Source: Rubripirellula sp.
GTDB taxonomy: Bacteria > Planctomycetota > Planctomycetia > Pirellulales > Pirellulaceae
Reading direction: 5' to 3'
Assembly (NCBI GenBank): GCA_965216875.1
Contig: OZ244207.1
Location: 1,344,001-1,408,000 of the forward strand
DNA: 64,000 nucleotides
Positions 51,299-61,991 of this stretch are shown here, one piece after another. Under the pieces are notes generated by a model, which worked only from the letters and a program-made list of their open reading frames with translations, did no database searches and was not told where the DNA came from. Each line of letters opens with the position of its first letter. Position 1 is the first letter of the stretch. The position numbers were made by a program, and so were the translations under genes.

Positions 51299-51306
51299 TT
51301 GGGCAC

Positions 51307-51807
51307 ATGATGTTTCGCAGGACCCTTGTCACACTGTTCGTTGGTTGCGCGTCGCTGATCCTAAGTTCAGACGCCGATGCCGGGATCTTTTTTCGCGGAC
51401 GAGTCTGTCGTTCGAAACAGGTGAGTTGCCTGCAGCATTCGCGATGCGCACTTGCTTGTCGTGTCCCTGCCTGTCGAGCCGTCGTTCCCTGTCGTCCGAC
51501 CTATCGATCGAGTTTATGGCGATGTCGCCGCTGGTCGAGTGGTTGGCGCTCGGGCGGTTGGCGATCGAGTGGATGGAGTTCGGGCGGATGGCCTTCCGGT
51601 GGTTCGTCAACGAGCGGTTGGCCAACTCATGCATCACCGATCGGCCCGCCCGTCGTCGCGCCGGATGGTGGTGGAACTTCGAGTGCCGAGGTCGTGCGGC
51701 CAGACATCGGAAATGATAATGAGAGCCCCTTTGAGGCTGGCGGCGGATCAGAAGGCGGCGGCGGTAGCGATGGCGGGGGCGGTAGCGATGGTGGGGGTGA
51801 AGGGTAG
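51307..51807 (+). CDS. Small secreted Cys/Arg-rich, Trp/Gly/Ser-repeat protein
   Basis: Signal peptide ending ADA; regularly spaced Cys; WxSxG repeats; acidic Gly-rich tail. Confidence 0.55.
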   Translation: MMFRRTLVTLFVGCASLILSSDADAGIFFRGRVCRSKQVSCLQHSRCALACRVPACRAVVPCRPTYRSSLWRCRRWSSGWRSGGWRSSGWSSGGWPSGGSSTSGWPTHASPIGPPVVAPDGGGTSSAEVVRPDIGNDNESPFEAGGGSEGGGGSDGGGGSDGGGEG

Positions 51808-51958
51808 GTCTTGAGCCTGGCCGGATCTTTGGAAAGCGGCGTTGCTTTCGCCGCGCGCGTCGACGAGGTAGCATGATTGGCGTGCCGGCATCCCTGCTCG
51901 GCTTCTCACCATCCTCTCCCGCCTTCCCATTCCCACCCCCAGATCCCAGAGTTGATCG

Positions 51959-53194
51959 ATGCGCAGTGCCTTTTTTGCATGCTTGTGGATGTTTCTCGCC
52001 GTCAGTCAACTCGAAGCGGCGGAACCAAGCGGGGATTGGCCTCGCTTTCGTGGCCCCGAAGGGACAGGGGTTGTGGTGGGACAAGGCCTGCCGACCCACA
52101 TCGCGGCTGGCCAAGTGCAGTGGAGCGTTGACTTGCCGGTTCGGGGCCATTCGTCGCCGATCCTCTATGGCGACCAGATCTTTTTGACCGGTTCATCCGG
52201 TGGGGCCGACGGTGTCCGAAGGCATCTTTTCGCAGTCGACCGCAAGAGTGGAAAGGTCCAATGGAATGAAGTTGTCGCAACAGGTGAAGGCGAAAAGCTT
52301 CACAAAATGAATAGCTGGGCGACACCAAGTTGTGCTAGCGATGGCGAGCGTGTTGTTGCGTTCTTTGGCGACGGTGGATTGCATTGCTTCAGCGTTGACG
52401 GCAAGCCGATGTGGTCGCGCGATTTAGGGAAGTTTCCAGGTGCATGGGGCGTTGGCGCGTCGCCGATCTTTTATGGAGACACCATCATTCAAAACTGCGA
52501 TGCGGAAGGCGACTCCGCATTGATCGCCGTCAACAAAGAAACTGGCAAGGCAGTCTGGCAAACTCCCCGCAAGCCAAAGCCCAAGGGAGGTTGGAGCACT
52601 CCGATTTTGATTCAGACAAAGTCGCGCGAAGAGCTGGTGGTTAACGGCGAATATGGCGTGCAGTCCTACGATCCAGCCTCCGGCAAACCGTTTTGGAGTT
52701 GCACAAGCTTTAATGGACGCGGCACACCCGTTCCCGCATGGGATGGCGAGCAGCTTTACGTCGTCAACGGCAAAACGGGCGATGTCTATTGTGTCAAACC
52801 GACCGGGACTGGCGACGTTACGCAAACGCATATGACTTGGCACACAGCGCGACGCGGTGGACGCGACTTACCTTCGCCAGTCATTTGCGGCGACGTCCTG
52901 TTTGTGGTCAGCATGGGAGGGATCGCCACTGGCTACGACACCAAGACGGGAGCTGAGCTTTGGAAAGAACGATTGGGCGGAAACTACTCTGGCTCGCCCA
53001 TCGTGGCTGGCGAGTACGTTTACATCGTGTCGGAAGAGGGGGACCTCTCCGTGCTGCGGCCCGCCAAGAAGCTTCAACGGGTTTCAAAGCTCTCGTTGCA
53101 AACCGGCGAAGAGATCTTTCGTAGTTCGATTGGTGTTAGCGACGGGCAGTTGTTCGTTCGCAGTGACAAGCGTCTCTATTGCATCGGCGAGTAG
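51959..53194 (+). CDS. PQQ-binding-like (BamB-type) beta-propeller protein
   Basis: Signal peptide; DWPRFRGP.G.G, GHSSPI, ATP..DG, WSTP, repeated TG...W. Confidence 0.9.
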   Translation: MRSAFFACLWMFLAVSQLEAAEPSGDWPRFRGPEGTGVVVGQGLPTHIAAGQVQWSVDLPVRGHSSPILYGDQIFLTGSSGGADGVRRHLFAVDRKSGKVQWNEVVATGEGEKLHKMNSWATPSCASDGERVVAFFGDGGLHCFSVDGKPMWSRDLGKFPGAWGVGASPIFYGDTIIQNCDAEGDSALIAVNKETGKAVWQTPRKPKPKGGWSTPILIQTKSREELVVNGEYGVQSYDPASGKPFWSCTSFNGRGTPVPAWDGEQLYVVNGKTGDVYCVKPTGTGDVTQTHMTWHTARRGGRDLPSPVICGDVLFVVSMGGIATGYDTKTGAELWKERLGGNYSGSPIVAGEYVYIVSEEGDLSVLRPAKKLQRVSKLSLQTGEEIFRSSIGVSDGQLFVRSDKRLYCIGE

Positions 53195-53220
53195 AGCTTT
53201 CACGAGTACTTAGGTTGCGA

Positions 53221-53288
53221 ATGGTGCGTGCAAGCACAGCACCCTACTCTTGACGCTAGCGAGTAGGGTGTGTGCTTGCACGCACCAT
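53221..53288. repeat. Inverted pair of GTAG-type REP units (GTAGGGTG.TGTGCTTGCACGCACC)
   Basis: Units at 53223-53247 and 53263-53286 are inverted. A third copy lies at 61860-61883. Confidence 0.85.
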
Positions 53289-53325
53289 CCTTTGCAATAC
53301 AGGTTTGCAATTTCGGTGCCTGCAA

Positions 53326-54960
53326 TCAACGACTCGGTTTCAGATAGCGCACCTTGTAGTCTTTCGGCAAGGGAGTGACGTTGTGATCGGCGGCCCAGCG
53401 TTCCCATTTCGCAACCAGCTCGTTGAGTTTCGGAGCGTTCGAGACAGCCAAGTCATTCAATTCGGTGGGGTCGTTTTGCAGGTCGTACAGCTCCCACGGC
53501 TCGTCTTTCACGGCGACCGCTTTGAATCGGCCGTCGGTGACCGCGCGGTTGCTTTCGTGTTCGAAAAAGAGGTCGCGTGATTCAATTGACTGCCCCTTAA
53601 AGAGCGGTCGCAAACTCTCGCCTGCGAGTTCGTGCGCACCTTTGTAGGGTGTACCGGTGACATCCGTGATGGTCGGCAGCAAATCGATGATGTGCGTGGG
53701 CGTTGAGTTCAACTTGCCTTGCATGGACGGTTTGATGCCAGCGGGCCAGTGAACGATACAGGGTGAAAGGATTCCACCTTCGTGGTTGAAGTGTTTGTAA
53801 AGTCGAAACGGTGTGTTGGAGACATTTGCCCAGCCACTGCCCGCACTGTGAAACGTTCCCGGCTCGCCCATTGCGTCGATTTGATCAGCTCGATGCAGGA
53901 TGTTGTTGGGTGACGAACGGATGTCGAATCCCCATGGATCCCATTCGGCACATGCGCCGTTGTCGGACAAAAAGACGAGTAGCGTGTTTTCGAATTGATT
54001 GGTTTGCTTTAGATGCTGGATGAGTCGTCCGATGTTTTGATCCATCGAGTCAACCATTGCGGCATAGATCGCCATACGACGCGCGAGATCCAGGCGGCGG
54101 TCTTGTTCGATGCTTTTCCAAGCCGGATTGACTCCGGTGTTGACTTCCCCGTAGTCCCAATAACGTGATCGTGGTGACAGTTTGGTATTTGGCGGCACCA
54201 CTCCCAGGCGTTTCATGCGATCGAGTCGCGACTGGCGCAGTTCGTCCCAACCGACGTGATAGTGATCGACGTATTTCTGAATGTCCTGCTTCTTCGCATG
54301 CAGTGGGAAATGGGGCGCGTTGTATGCAAGGTAAAGGAACCAAGGTTTGTCCGGCGTCTGCTGGGCTTGTCGGACAAAGTCGATCGCGTGGTCGGTGACG
54401 GCATCGGTGCCATAGAACTCTCCGGGCGGATAAACGCGTTTTTGACGATCTGCCGGCAAGCGGATGAAATGATCCGGGTCGAAGAACCGTTTCGCACTCA
54501 CCAGCGTCCCATAAAACTCTTCGAAACCATGTTGTGTCGGATCGTCCGTACCAAGGTGCCATTTGCCAGAGATGAATGAGCGATAGCGATTTCCTTCAAG
54601 CACTTGCGCTATGGTGACCGCGTCGGCGGAGAAGCGGCCGCGGTAACCGTCGCGGTCAAGGCTGCCGGTGGTCATGTGCCCAAGGTCGACGCGATGTGGG
54701 TATTGCCCAGAAAGGATCGAAGCCCGCGAGGGACAACATCGACCTGTGTTGTAAAACCGCGTCAATCGCAGCCCCGATGCAGCCAGTCGGTCAAGATTGG
54801 GAGTCTCGATTTCGCCGCCATAGCAGCCGAGGTCGCTGTATCCGAGGTCATCGGCAACGATCAAAACGACGTTGGGCGAGTCTTTTGCAAACGCGGCCGA
54901 ATCGAATGTGCCGACGACCAGTAAGAAGCAGAGGCAAACCAATAATCGCGACTCAATCAT
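53326..54960 (-). CDS. Arylsulfatase (formylglycine-dependent, S1)
   Basis: ADDLGYSD, CCPSRASILSG (CxPxR), GKWHLG, APHFPLH, SDNG, WELYDL..DP.E. Confidence 0.93.
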   Translation of the reverse strand: MIESRLLVCLCFLLVVGTFDSAAFAKDSPNVVLIVADDLGYSDLGCYGGEIETPNLDRLAASGLRLTRFYNTGRCCPSRASILSGQYPHRVDLGHMTTGSLDRDGYRGRFSADAVTIAQVLEGNRYRSFISGKWHLGTDDPTQHGFEEFYGTLVSAKRFFDPDHFIRLPADRQKRVYPPGEFYGTDAVTDHAIDFVRQAQQTPDKPWFLYLAYNAPHFPLHAKKQDIQKYVDHYHVGWDELRQSRLDRMKRLGVVPPNTKLSPRSRYWDYGEVNTGVNPAWKSIEQDRRLDLARRMAIYAAMVDSMDQNIGRLIQHLKQTNQFENTLLVFLSDNGACAEWDPWGFDIRSSPNNILHRADQIDAMGEPGTFHSAGSGWANVSNTPFRLYKHFNHEGGILSPCIVHWPAGIKPSMQGKLNSTPTHIIDLLPTITDVTGTPYKGAHELAGESLRPLFKGQSIESRDLFFEHESNRAVTDGRFKAVAVKDEPWELYDLQNDPTELNDLAVSNAPKLNELVAKWERWAADHNVTPLPKDYKVRYLKPSR

Positions 54961-55189
54961 TCATGCATTCCACAAGTTGCCGACCTGAAATTGCAAACGG
55001 AAAACCAGAGTTTAACCCCGCGATGTGCTGCGATGGCCCGGTCGGTGTCGAGGACGCAGATGCAATCGAAAAACTCGGGTGATACGCGCCGCTGATACGT
55101 CTCTCCAGGTTGCTCGAATGGGTTTGCGATCTTAACCTTACATCGCTCTTCAAACAAAAACGTCTCTTTGCAAAACCACGGAATCCGAC

Positions 55190-55963
55190 ATGCTGCCAGG
55201 AATCAAACTCTTTGATATGACCGACCACGTCGCCATTGTGACAGGTGGCTCAAAAGGTCTTGGCAAAGCGATGGGAGCCGCATTGGCTTCGGCGGGTTGT
55301 CGTGTTGTCCTTGTCAGTCGCAATCAAGAGGAAGCAGATGCGGCGGCGGCGGAGATCAAGGCCGACCATGGCGTCGAGGTGATTGGTGCTCAGGTCGAGG
55401 TGACCGATACGGAAGCGGTCGAAAAGCTTGTTGCTGATACCATCGAGCGTTTCGGCCGAATCGATACGCTGGTCAACAGCGCCGGAATCAACATTCGCGG
55501 GCCGATCGATGAACTGACGCTCGAGCAATTCCGCGAAGTCCAGCAGATCAACGTCGATGGGATTTGGATTGCGGCACGCGCGGTTGCACCGCAGATGAAG
55601 AAGCAAGGGCGGGGCCGCATCATCAACATGGCCAGCACGCTCGGGCTCGTGGGTCTCGCCAACCGAACACCCTACGCGACAAGCAAGGGGGCGGTTGTGC
55701 AATTGACCAGAGCATTGGGGCTCGAGTTCGCCGAGAACAATATCACGGTCAATGCCATCTGCCCTGGGCCTTTTCTTACACCGATGAACGAGCCGATCGC
55801 AGAAACGGAAGAAGCAAAGAAGTTTATCGTTGGCGCGGTTGCGATGAACCGCTGGGGCAAACTCGAAGAAATCCAAGGTGCCGCACTCTACCTGGCAAGC
55901 GACGCTGGAAGTTACACCACTGGAAGCATGCTCGTCGTCGACGGCGGCTGGACCGCGCGATAG
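55190..55963 (+). CDS. SDR family oxidoreductase (gluconate 5-dehydrogenase-like)
   Basis: TGGSKGLG, NSAG, YATSK, VNAICPG, DGG. Confidence 0.92.
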   Translation: MLPGIKLFDMTDHVAIVTGGSKGLGKAMGAALASAGCRVVLVSRNQEEADAAAAEIKADHGVEVIGAQVEVTDTEAVEKLVADTIERFGRIDTLVNSAGINIRGPIDELTLEQFREVQQINVDGIWIAARAVAPQMKKQGRGRIINMASTLGLVGLANRTPYATSKGAVVQLTRALGLEFAENNITVNAICPGPFLTPMNEPIAETEEAKKFIVGAVAMNRWGKLEEIQGAALYLASDAGSYTTGSMLVVDGGWTAR

Positions 55964-55997
55964 CGCGTTCGCATGGCGATCCTGACTTGGGTTTAAA

Positions 55998-56098
55998 ACC
56001 CTCCCGCCGGGAGGGTCGGGCGCGGTAGCGGCCGGGGAGGGCCGAACCTAGAAGACCCTCTCCGGCCCTTAGAGGCCGACTCTCCCAGAGGGAGAGTG
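55998..56098. repeat. Intergenic palindromic repeat (CCCTCCC family), copy 3
   Basis: Similar to 9311-9413 and 43548-43654. Confidence 0.85.
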
Positions 56099-56157
56099 AA
56101 ACTGGAAAACCGGACGACCTCAAAGCGAGCGTGTGATTGTTGGTGCGCGACCCATCG

Positions 56158-56910
56158 CTACTTCACAAAACGTTTGCGGTAGGCAGTTGGTGTCATTCCG
56201 GTGACTTCGCGGAAGCGTTTGGTGAGGTGGCTCTGGTCGGTGTAGCCGACGGCCATTGCGATGTCGGCGGGACTACGCGAGGTGGTGGTCAGCAACTTTT
56301 GCGCTGCCTGAATCCGGACGCTACGTAGGTACTGCATCGGGGTCATTCGTAGCAATTGGCGAAAGCGACGATTGAAGTGCGTTGACGAGAGTCCGGTGAG
56401 CTCTGCCATCTCGGCCATCGAAACCGGCTTGGCATAATGTCGTTCGATGTACCGCGCTGCGGGCATGATCTCTTGCAGGAATTTTTTCAGCTCTTCGCGG
56501 TGCTCAATGCGGTACATCGCGCCTGCGATTCCAATCACCTCGGCGTTGCGATTGAACATTGGCGTCTTGGTTGAGACGTACCAACGGGGCGCGCGGCGGC
56601 GATGCATCACGAGCCACGTTTGTCCCGGCAAGGGCTGTCGACTGGCCATGACCCGTCGATCTTCTTCGATGTACGCTTCGGCCATGACAGGCGGATGAAA
56701 ATCGTGGTCCGTCCTGCCAATCGCTTCGTACTGGTCCGTCAGGCCATGGTTTTCTAGGAATTGTTGGTTCACCCGCACAAAACGACTTTTCGTGTCTTTG
56801 GCGTAAAAGTAGGTGTGCGGCAATGCGTCAAAGAGCCCGATGACCGATTCGGCCAGCGGGTTTTGACGAAAAAATTGGTCTTGGAATTCACGAGGGTCTA
56901 AAGCAGGCAT
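56158..56910 (-). CDS. AraC family transcriptional regulator with N-terminal PAS domain
   Basis: YFYAKD...FV.VN...G.TD.DF; AraC HTH F.R.F...TP.QY...R ... GY.DQSH..K.F....G.TP..YR. Confidence 0.92.
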   Translation of the reverse strand: MPALDPREFQDQFFRQNPLAESVIGLFDALPHTYFYAKDTKSRFVRVNQQFLENHGLTDQYEAIGRTDHDFHPPVMAEAYIEEDRRVMASRQPLPGQTWLVMHRRRAPRWYVSTKTPMFNRNAEVIGIAGAMYRIEHREELKKFLQEIMPAARYIERHYAKPVSMAEMAELTGLSSTHFNRRFRQLLRMTPMQYLRSVRIQAAQKLLTTTSRSPADIAMAVGYTDQSHLTKRFREVTGMTPTAYRKRFVK

Positions 56911-57091
56911 GGTCAAAATGTACAAACAAACGCGTGCGTTGTCCAAGACGCTGCGGTAGGATTGATGTATTTTCTGACCATCCCACCATGGCATTCCGGT
57001 TCACCACCCTGATGTTCGCTGCAAGCTTCTCGCGTTTTGCTAACCGAGTTCAAGCGGAATTCAAGTTCTCTCACTCCTGCCCCTCGAACTG

Positions 57092-60000
57092 ATGTCGCGT
57101 CTGTTTTACCCGTGCGCAGCCATGTTGCTGGTTGCCGCTGCCGCTTGCGGTGACGAACCGATTGATTTTGGCCGCGATATTCGGCCCATACTCTCGGACA
57201 AGTGTTTTCACTGTCATGGCCCCGATGCGGAAACGCGCGAAGCCGACTTGCGTTTGGACAACGAAGAGGGGGCGACCGAGTGGGCCATTGTTCCCGGCAA
57301 CATTGACGAGAGCGAGGTGATTGCGCGGGTGTTGACCGACGATCCTGACTCGGTGATGCCGCCACCGTCAACGAACAAGAAACTGACTGCTGAAGAAGTC
57401 GACTTACTTAAGCGTTGGGTCGAAGAGGGAGCTGTCTATCAACAGCATTGGGCGTTTGTTGGTCCGCAGCGGCCTGACATCCCCGCCGTGTCCAAAGAGC
57501 ATTGGATCCACAATCCGATCGACGCCTTTGTCCTGCGTCGCCTCGACAAGGAAGCGTTGCAGCCGTCGGACGACGCGGATCGCATCACCTGGTTGCGTCG
57601 ACTGTCGCTCGACTTGATCGGTCTGCCCCCAACGATCGAAGAAATTGATGCGTTTCTGTTGGATGAATCGGCCGACGCGGATCAGAACCAGATCGAACGC
57701 TTGTTGTTGTCTCCGCATTTTGGAGAACGTTGGGCGCGCGTTTGGCTTGATGCTGCACGTTACGCCGATTCCGACGGGTACGAAAAGGACAAGCCACGCT
57801 CGGTTTGGTTTTATCGCGACTGGGTGGTCGATGCCTTCAATCGCGATTTGCCTTACGACCAGTTCGTGATCGAGCAGATTGCGGGTGACCTGATCGAAGA
57901 GAACGAACAAAGCAAGCTTGTCGCGACGGGCTTTCTTCGGAATTCGATGGTCAACGAAGAAGGAGGCGCGGATCCCGAGCAATTCCGAATGGAAGCGATG
58001 TTTGATCGCATGGACGCCATTGGCAAGAGCGTCCTCGGGCTCACGATTCAGTGCAGCCAATGTCATAGCCACAAATATGACCCGCTGACACAGCACGATT
58101 ACTATCGCATGTTTGCGTTCTTGAACAGCACGCACGACGCGATTGTGCCGGTCTACGACAATGAAAGCTCTGAACAGCGCGCGCGTGTCCTCGCGGAGAT
58201 CGATGCCATCGAAAGGCAGCTCAAAACGGACATGCCGAATTGGCGTGAGGAAATGGCGCGTTGGGAACAGGAGAGTGCATCGCAAATCGGCAACTGGGAA
58301 GTCGTCGAGCCGTTCGATCTGCCGTTTGAAGGGCAAAAATTCCGAGTGCTTGACGACCATTCGATTGTCAGCGAAAGCTACGCGCCGACGAACTCGAAAC
58401 CTCGCTTCGCTGCCAAAACTTCCACTCGTGGAATCACGGGTGTGAGAGTGGAGTTGTTGACCCATCCCCAACTGCCTTTGCGCGGGCCTGGACGATCGAT
58501 TCGCGGAACGGCTGCGTTGACCGAAATGAAGGTTCATTTTCGGCCAACCGATGGATCGGAAAAGGAAGCGACGGCGAAAATCGTCTCGGCGACTGCCGAT
58601 GTGAACCCGCTCAAGCGTGATCAGCCGGACTTCCTAAAGAAGCGTGACAAAGCCAAGGACAAGCGTGTCACCGGCGGCATCGATTTCGCCTTTGATGGTG
58701 ACGCCAATACCGCGTGGACGACTGACAACGACCCTGGTCGCCGGAACCAAGACCGCAAAGCAGTTTTTGTGTTCGACCAGCCCATTGATTTTGAAGGTGG
58801 AACGACGCTCGTCTTTAATCCTGAGATGAGCCATGGCGGATGGAACAGTGATGACAATCACAACTGCCTCATGGGGCGTTACCGGTTCTCAGTCACAACC
58901 GACGAGAACCCTGTGGCAGACCCTGTTCCAGCAAGCGTTCGCGAAATCTTGAAGATCGCAGTCGATTCGCGGACTGAGTCACAGCAAGCAGCGGTCTTTA
59001 GCATTTGGCGAACCACCGTCGACGCGTGGAAAGACGCCAACGAAAGGATCGAAGAGCTGTGGGGCCAGCATCCCGAAGGGGCGACGCAATTGGTTCTCGA
59101 AGAGCGGTCGCGTAAACGGGAAACGCATCTTCTAAATCGTGGTGACTTTCTGAGTCCTGTGGAAGCAGTTTCGCCAGGCGTGCCCGAGTTTCTACATGAT
59201 CTCCCTGAATCAGCGGACGATTCGCGACTCACTTTTGCTCGGTGGCTGGTCGATCGCCGTTCGCCAACGACTGCACGTTCGATTGTGAATCGCATTTGGC
59301 AATCGTATTTTGGCATTGGCCTCGTCGAAACCAGCGATGATCTCGGCTCCCAGAGCTCGCCTCCTTCTCATCCCGAGTTGCTCGATTGGCTTGCCGTCGA
59401 GCTGATGGAAAACGACTGGAGTCTCAAGCACATTCACCGGCTGATCGTTTCCTCGGCTACCTATCGTCAATCGTCTCGGGTGTCGGAGTCGTTGCAACAA
59501 CGAGATCCGTACAACCGATTGCTGGCTCGTGGCCCCCGGTTTCGCGTCGATGCCGAAATCGTTCGCGACATCACCCTCGCGGCGAGTGGTTTGCTTTCGG
59601 ATTCGATTGGCGGACCGCCTGCGTATCCGCCTGCACCCCGTTTTTTGTTCGAGCCTCCCGCAAGCTACGGCCCAAAGACTTGGAACGAAGCAACGGGCAA
59701 CGATCGTTACCGCCGCGGTCTTTACACTTTTCGATTTCGCAGCGTTCCCTACCCGATGCTTGAAACGTTCGATTCGGTGCCAGGAAACGTTTCGTGCGTT
59801 CGTCGCAACCGATCCAACACGCCGCTCCAGGCACTGACCTCGTTAAACGAGCCGTTGGCGATGGAATGTGCGCGTGCGTTGGCGGCACGAACACTCGCCC
59901 AGGAGGGATCGAGTGATGGGGAACGACTGACGTTTGCGATGAAGTGTTGCGTTGGCCGAGGACCATCCGAGGATGAGTTGTTGACGTTGACCAATCTGTT

Positions 60001-60169
60001 GGAGAAGCAACGCCAACGCATCGCGAACAAGGAAATTGATCCAGCCGAAATCGCGGGCGACACAAACGGTGAAGGGGAATCCGAAGCGTCGGATCGCGAC
60101 AAGCAAGCAGCGTGGACGATTGTCTGTCGCGTGCTTTTGAATTTGGACGAGACCATTACAAAGGAATAG
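57092..60169 (+). CDS. Planctomycete cytochrome c / PSCyt2 (DUF1549) / PSD1 (DUF1553) protein
   Basis: F.RDIRPILSDKCFHCHG, NPIDAF, WLD.ARYADS.GY, CSQCHSHKYDP, PSHPELLDWLA, NTPLQAL. Confidence 0.95.
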   Translation: MSRLFYPCAAMLLVAAAACGDEPIDFGRDIRPILSDKCFHCHGPDAETREADLRLDNEEGATEWAIVPGNIDESEVIARVLTDDPDSVMPPPSTNKKLTAEEVDLLKRWVEEGAVYQQHWAFVGPQRPDIPAVSKEHWIHNPIDAFVLRRLDKEALQPSDDADRITWLRRLSLDLIGLPPTIEEIDAFLLDESADADQNQIERLLLSPHFGERWARVWLDAARYADSDGYEKDKPRSVWFYRDWVVDAFNRDLPYDQFVIEQIAGDLIEENEQSKLVATGFLRNSMVNEEGGADPEQFRMEAMFDRMDAIGKSVLGLTIQCSQCHSHKYDPLTQHDYYRMFAFLNSTHDAIVPVYDNESSEQRARVLAEIDAIERQLKTDMPNWREEMARWEQESASQIGNWEVVEPFDLPFEGQKFRVLDDHSIVSESYAPTNSKPRFAAKTSTRGITGVRVELLTHPQLPLRGPGRSIRGTAALTEMKVHFRPTDGSEKEATAKIVSATADVNPLKRDQPDFLKKRDKAKDKRVTGGIDFAFDGDANTAWTTDNDPGRRNQDRKAVFVFDQPIDFEGGTTLVFNPEMSHGGWNSDDNHNCLMGRYRFSVTTDENPVADPVPASVREILKIAVDSRTESQQAAVFSIWRTTVDAWKDANERIEELWGQHPEGATQLVLEERSRKRETHLLNRGDFLSPVEAVSPGVPEFLHDLPESADDSRLTFARWLVDRRSPTTARSIVNRIWQSYFGIGLVETSDDLGSQSSPPSHPELLDWLAVELMENDWSLKHIHRLIVSSATYRQSSRVSESLQQRDPYNRLLARGPRFRVDAEIVRDITLAASGLLSDSIGGPPAYPPAPRFLFEPPASYGPKTWNEATGNDRYRRGLYTFRFRSVPYPMLETFDSVPGNVSCVRRNRSNTPLQALTSLNEPLAMECARALAARTLAQEGSSDGERLTFAMKCCVGRGPSEDELLTLTNLLEKQRQRIANKEIDPAEIAGDTNGEGESEASDRDKQAAWTIVCRVLLNLDETITKE

Positions 60170-60209
60170 TCGAATCGGCTCGCTCGCAAGCGTCCGTTAT
60201 CTCAATACG

Positions 60210-61625
60210 ATGACAAAACAACCAATGACACCGAATTCACTCACACGCCGCTGGTTCATGAAAGAATGCGGCGTCGGGCTTGGCGCCATTGCGGCCGCCG
60301 ATTTGATGGGCGCCGGCCATGCGTCCGGAGCGGATGTGCTCGCGCCAAAGTCTGGTCATTTTCCGGGCAAGGCCAAGAACGTGATCTTCCTGTTCATGGC
60401 AGGCGCGCCAAGTCACTTGGAGATGTTCGACTACAAGCCGCAGCTTGAGAAATACGACGGAACACTTCCTCCCGCCGAATTGCTCGACGGGTATCGCGCT
60501 GCGTTCATCAACCCCAACTCGAAGCTGCTTGGTCCCAAATACAAATTCTCAAAACATGGTGAGTGTGGCGCTGAAATCTCTGAGCTGTTGCCGCACACGG
60601 CGTCGATCGTTGACGATATTTCCATCGTCAAGTCGATGAAAACAGACGCGTTCAATCATGCTCCCGCGCAAATCATGATGAACACCGGCTCGCAGTTATT
60701 TGGCAAGCCGAGTCTTGGGGCATGGACCCTGTACGGCCTCGGTAGCGAGTCGCAAGAGCTTCCAGGGTTCGTCGTTTTCAGTTCTGGAACGAAGGGACCG
60801 AGTGGTGGCACGAGTAATTGGGGCAGTGGCTTTTTGCCAACGGTGTATCAGGGGGTCCAACTGCGTAGCGTCGGCGACCCTGTTCTTTATCTGTCGAATC
60901 CTCCGGGCATCGATGACACGACACAACGAGATTCGCTCGATGCGATCAACGCTCTGAATCAAAAGCGATTGGAGGTTACCGGGGATCCTGAAATCGCGAC
61001 TCGGATCAATTCCTTCGAAATGGCCTACCGGATGCAGGCGAGTGGTCCCGAATTGATGGACCTCTCCTCAGAGCCGCAGCACGTACTTGATCTCTATGGG
61101 GTCGATCCGGACAAGCCGTCTTTTGCCAAGAATTGTCTGTTGGCGAGGCGACTCGTTGAACGCGGCACACGGTTTGTACAGCTATTTCATGAAGCGTGGG
61201 ATCAACATGGCAACCTGACCAAAGCGATCAAGAACAATTGCAACGCCACCGATCAAGGTTGTGCTGCCTTGATCAAGGATCTAAAGCAACGGGGCATGCT
61301 CGACGACACGTTGGTGATCTGGGGTGGCGAATTCGGACGCACGCCGATGGTTCAAGGCGGCGGAGATGATGGGCGCGATCACCATCCTAACGCGTTCACG
61401 ATGTGGATGGCTGGTGGCGGAGTCAAACCAGGGATGACCTATGGTGAAACCGATGAATTTGGTTTCAACACGACGTTGAATGATGTTCACGTTCGCGACC
61501 TTCACGCAACGATCCTGCACTTGTTGGGATTCGACCATCATCGGCTATCAGTGAAATTCCAAGGTCTCGATCAGCGTTTGACGGGCGTGGAACCCGCGCA
61601 TGTCGTTCACGACATCCTGGCCTAG
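60210..61625 (+). CDS. DUF1501 family protein (Tat-exported)
   Basis: Twin-Arg TRRWF, IFLFM.G.PS, LLARRLVE.G, WDQH, WGGEFGRTP, GRDH. Confidence 0.95.
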   Translation: MTKQPMTPNSLTRRWFMKECGVGLGAIAAADLMGAGHASGADVLAPKSGHFPGKAKNVIFLFMAGAPSHLEMFDYKPQLEKYDGTLPPAELLDGYRAAFINPNSKLLGPKYKFSKHGECGAEISELLPHTASIVDDISIVKSMKTDAFNHAPAQIMMNTGSQLFGKPSLGAWTLYGLGSESQELPGFVVFSSGTKGPSGGTSNWGSGFLPTVYQGVQLRSVGDPVLYLSNPPGIDDTTQRDSLDAINALNQKRLEVTGDPEIATRINSFEMAYRMQASGPELMDLSSEPQHVLDLYGVDPDKPSFAKNCLLARRLVERGTRFVQLFHEAWDQHGNLTKAIKNNCNATDQGCAALIKDLKQRGMLDDTLVIWGGEFGRTPMVQGGGDDGRDHHPNAFTMWMAGGGVKPGMTYGETDEFGFNTTLNDVHVRDLHATILHLLGFDHHRLSVKFQGLDQRLTGVEPAHVVHDILA

Positions 61626-61991
61626 TTGGTGTCTAATACTTAGCCGCTCACAATTGTGCTCGTGCTCAGCCTCGCGGTGCTCGTGCTCGAACGCGTACAA
61701 GACACTCAGTGGAGTCGGTGGGCGGTGAAGCAACGGCGGGCAGGGTAGGCACCTGCTAGCGTTCCTGGACACGCGTTCGAATTGTTGGGAACACTGACCG
61801 ACGCTGGTCGACACTAGTTAAAGAGTTGGGTGAGCCGGGGCAGGCCACGTGTTAGAGTTGGTGCGTGCAAGCACACACCCTACGGATACTAATTATTGAG
61901 TTGCGCGGGCTTGCTAGGGCCCGAGTCCTCACGACCAGCGGCTCATGTGCCTGCGCCGGTTGGGCCGTGAGTGCGGGCGGATTCGTTTTCT

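Noticed and set aside
51329..52150. 273-aa minus-strand ORF
   Set aside because: Overlaps the PQQ-propeller gene and the signal-peptide ORF on the plus strand; Arg/His-rich shadow composition.
57404..58537. 377-aa minus-strand ORF
   Set aside because: Antisense shadow of the PSD1/cytochrome gene.
53326..61625. Novel biosynthetic cluster (sulfatase, SDR, AraC, PSD1, DUF1501)
   Set aside because: These are highly expanded, commonly adjacent planctomycete families; no core biosynthetic enzyme is present.
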